In this document: piece by piece, positions 63,900 through 64,000 of the stretch
How positions within the stretch are numbered: position 1 is the first letter of the stretch
How the letters are laid out: every line of letters begins with the position of its first letter
Source of the DNA: Bigelowiella natans CCMP2755
Lineage: Eukaryota; Protista; Cercozoa
Assembly (NCBI GenBank): GCA_000320545.1
Contig: ADNK01000483.1
Span: 1-64,000, forward strand
Direction: 5' to 3'
Length of the DNA stretch: 64,000 nucleotides
Notes under the pieces: model-generated
The model's input: only the letters and a program-made list of their open reading frames with translations
Told to the model about the DNA's origin: nothing
The model's database searches: none
Program-made: the position numbers and the translations under genes

Positions 63900-64000
63900 A
63901 TATGAATGATGGATCTCTATTCCAAGATTACATCATCACCATTATCATCATCATCATCATCATCAATATTTCGAGCGGAGGGGAAGAGGGGGGGGGGCGT
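59430..64000 (+). CDS. Pentatricopeptide-repeat-like protein, multi-exon, runs out of window (start approximate)
   Basis: PPR-like exons MTQGGVPISANLFNMLIMAQVQQNLMDDAKQTIELMEEAELEPNEATLNHII, GIAPTTEAFNVMMKYC, GLQ|LDGDLMSGCVNGFIAK. Confidence 0.65.
60229..60302. repeat. Tandem duplication of about 35 bp (atgtgatgttgataatcctgRgaagagaatctgtt) x2
   Basis: Two copies, differing at one base, directly visible inside the PPR-like gene. Confidence 0.8.

Overview
Gene-dense, intron-rich nuclear DNA from a eukaryotic microbe. A two-residue insertion at a ubiquitin-ubiquitin junction tentatively points to Rhizaria (Cercozoa/chlorarachniophyte-like), and an axonemal dynein light chain implies a flagellated stage. 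Joining exons by hand at GT/GC-AG sites gave about 20 genes, in order: coiled-coil/SAP protein, RPL38, GDT1/TMEM165, a frameshifted acylated MAPK, a PWWP/RS protein, GT31 glycosyltransferase, DNAL1, GT8 glycosyltransferase, an acylated ADF/cofilin-like protein, UDP-glucose dehydrogenase, an F-box protein, INTS9, a degenerate Upf1-like helicase, a di-ubiquitin pseudogene, COG3, a small membrane ORF, a coiled-coil protein, a NodH/Stf0-like sulfotransferase, UBC9 and a PPR-like protein. Most of the supplied ORF track is microsatellite noise. The strongest unexplained signals are architectural: (1) gene orientation alternates almost perfectly (+,-,+,-); (2) convergent 3'-3' spacers are filled with CTAG/CATG/TGCA palindromic sequence that divergent promoters essentially lack; (3) in a subset of genes the introns are stuffed with microsatellites, G/A-rich near the donor and C/T-rich near the acceptor on the transcribed strand. 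There is also a compact multi-stem GC-rich element at about 26.46-26.55 kb. No tRNA, rRNA, CRISPR array or transposase was seen. Family assignments come from remembered motifs, not database searches, and gene ends marked as approximate are uncertain.
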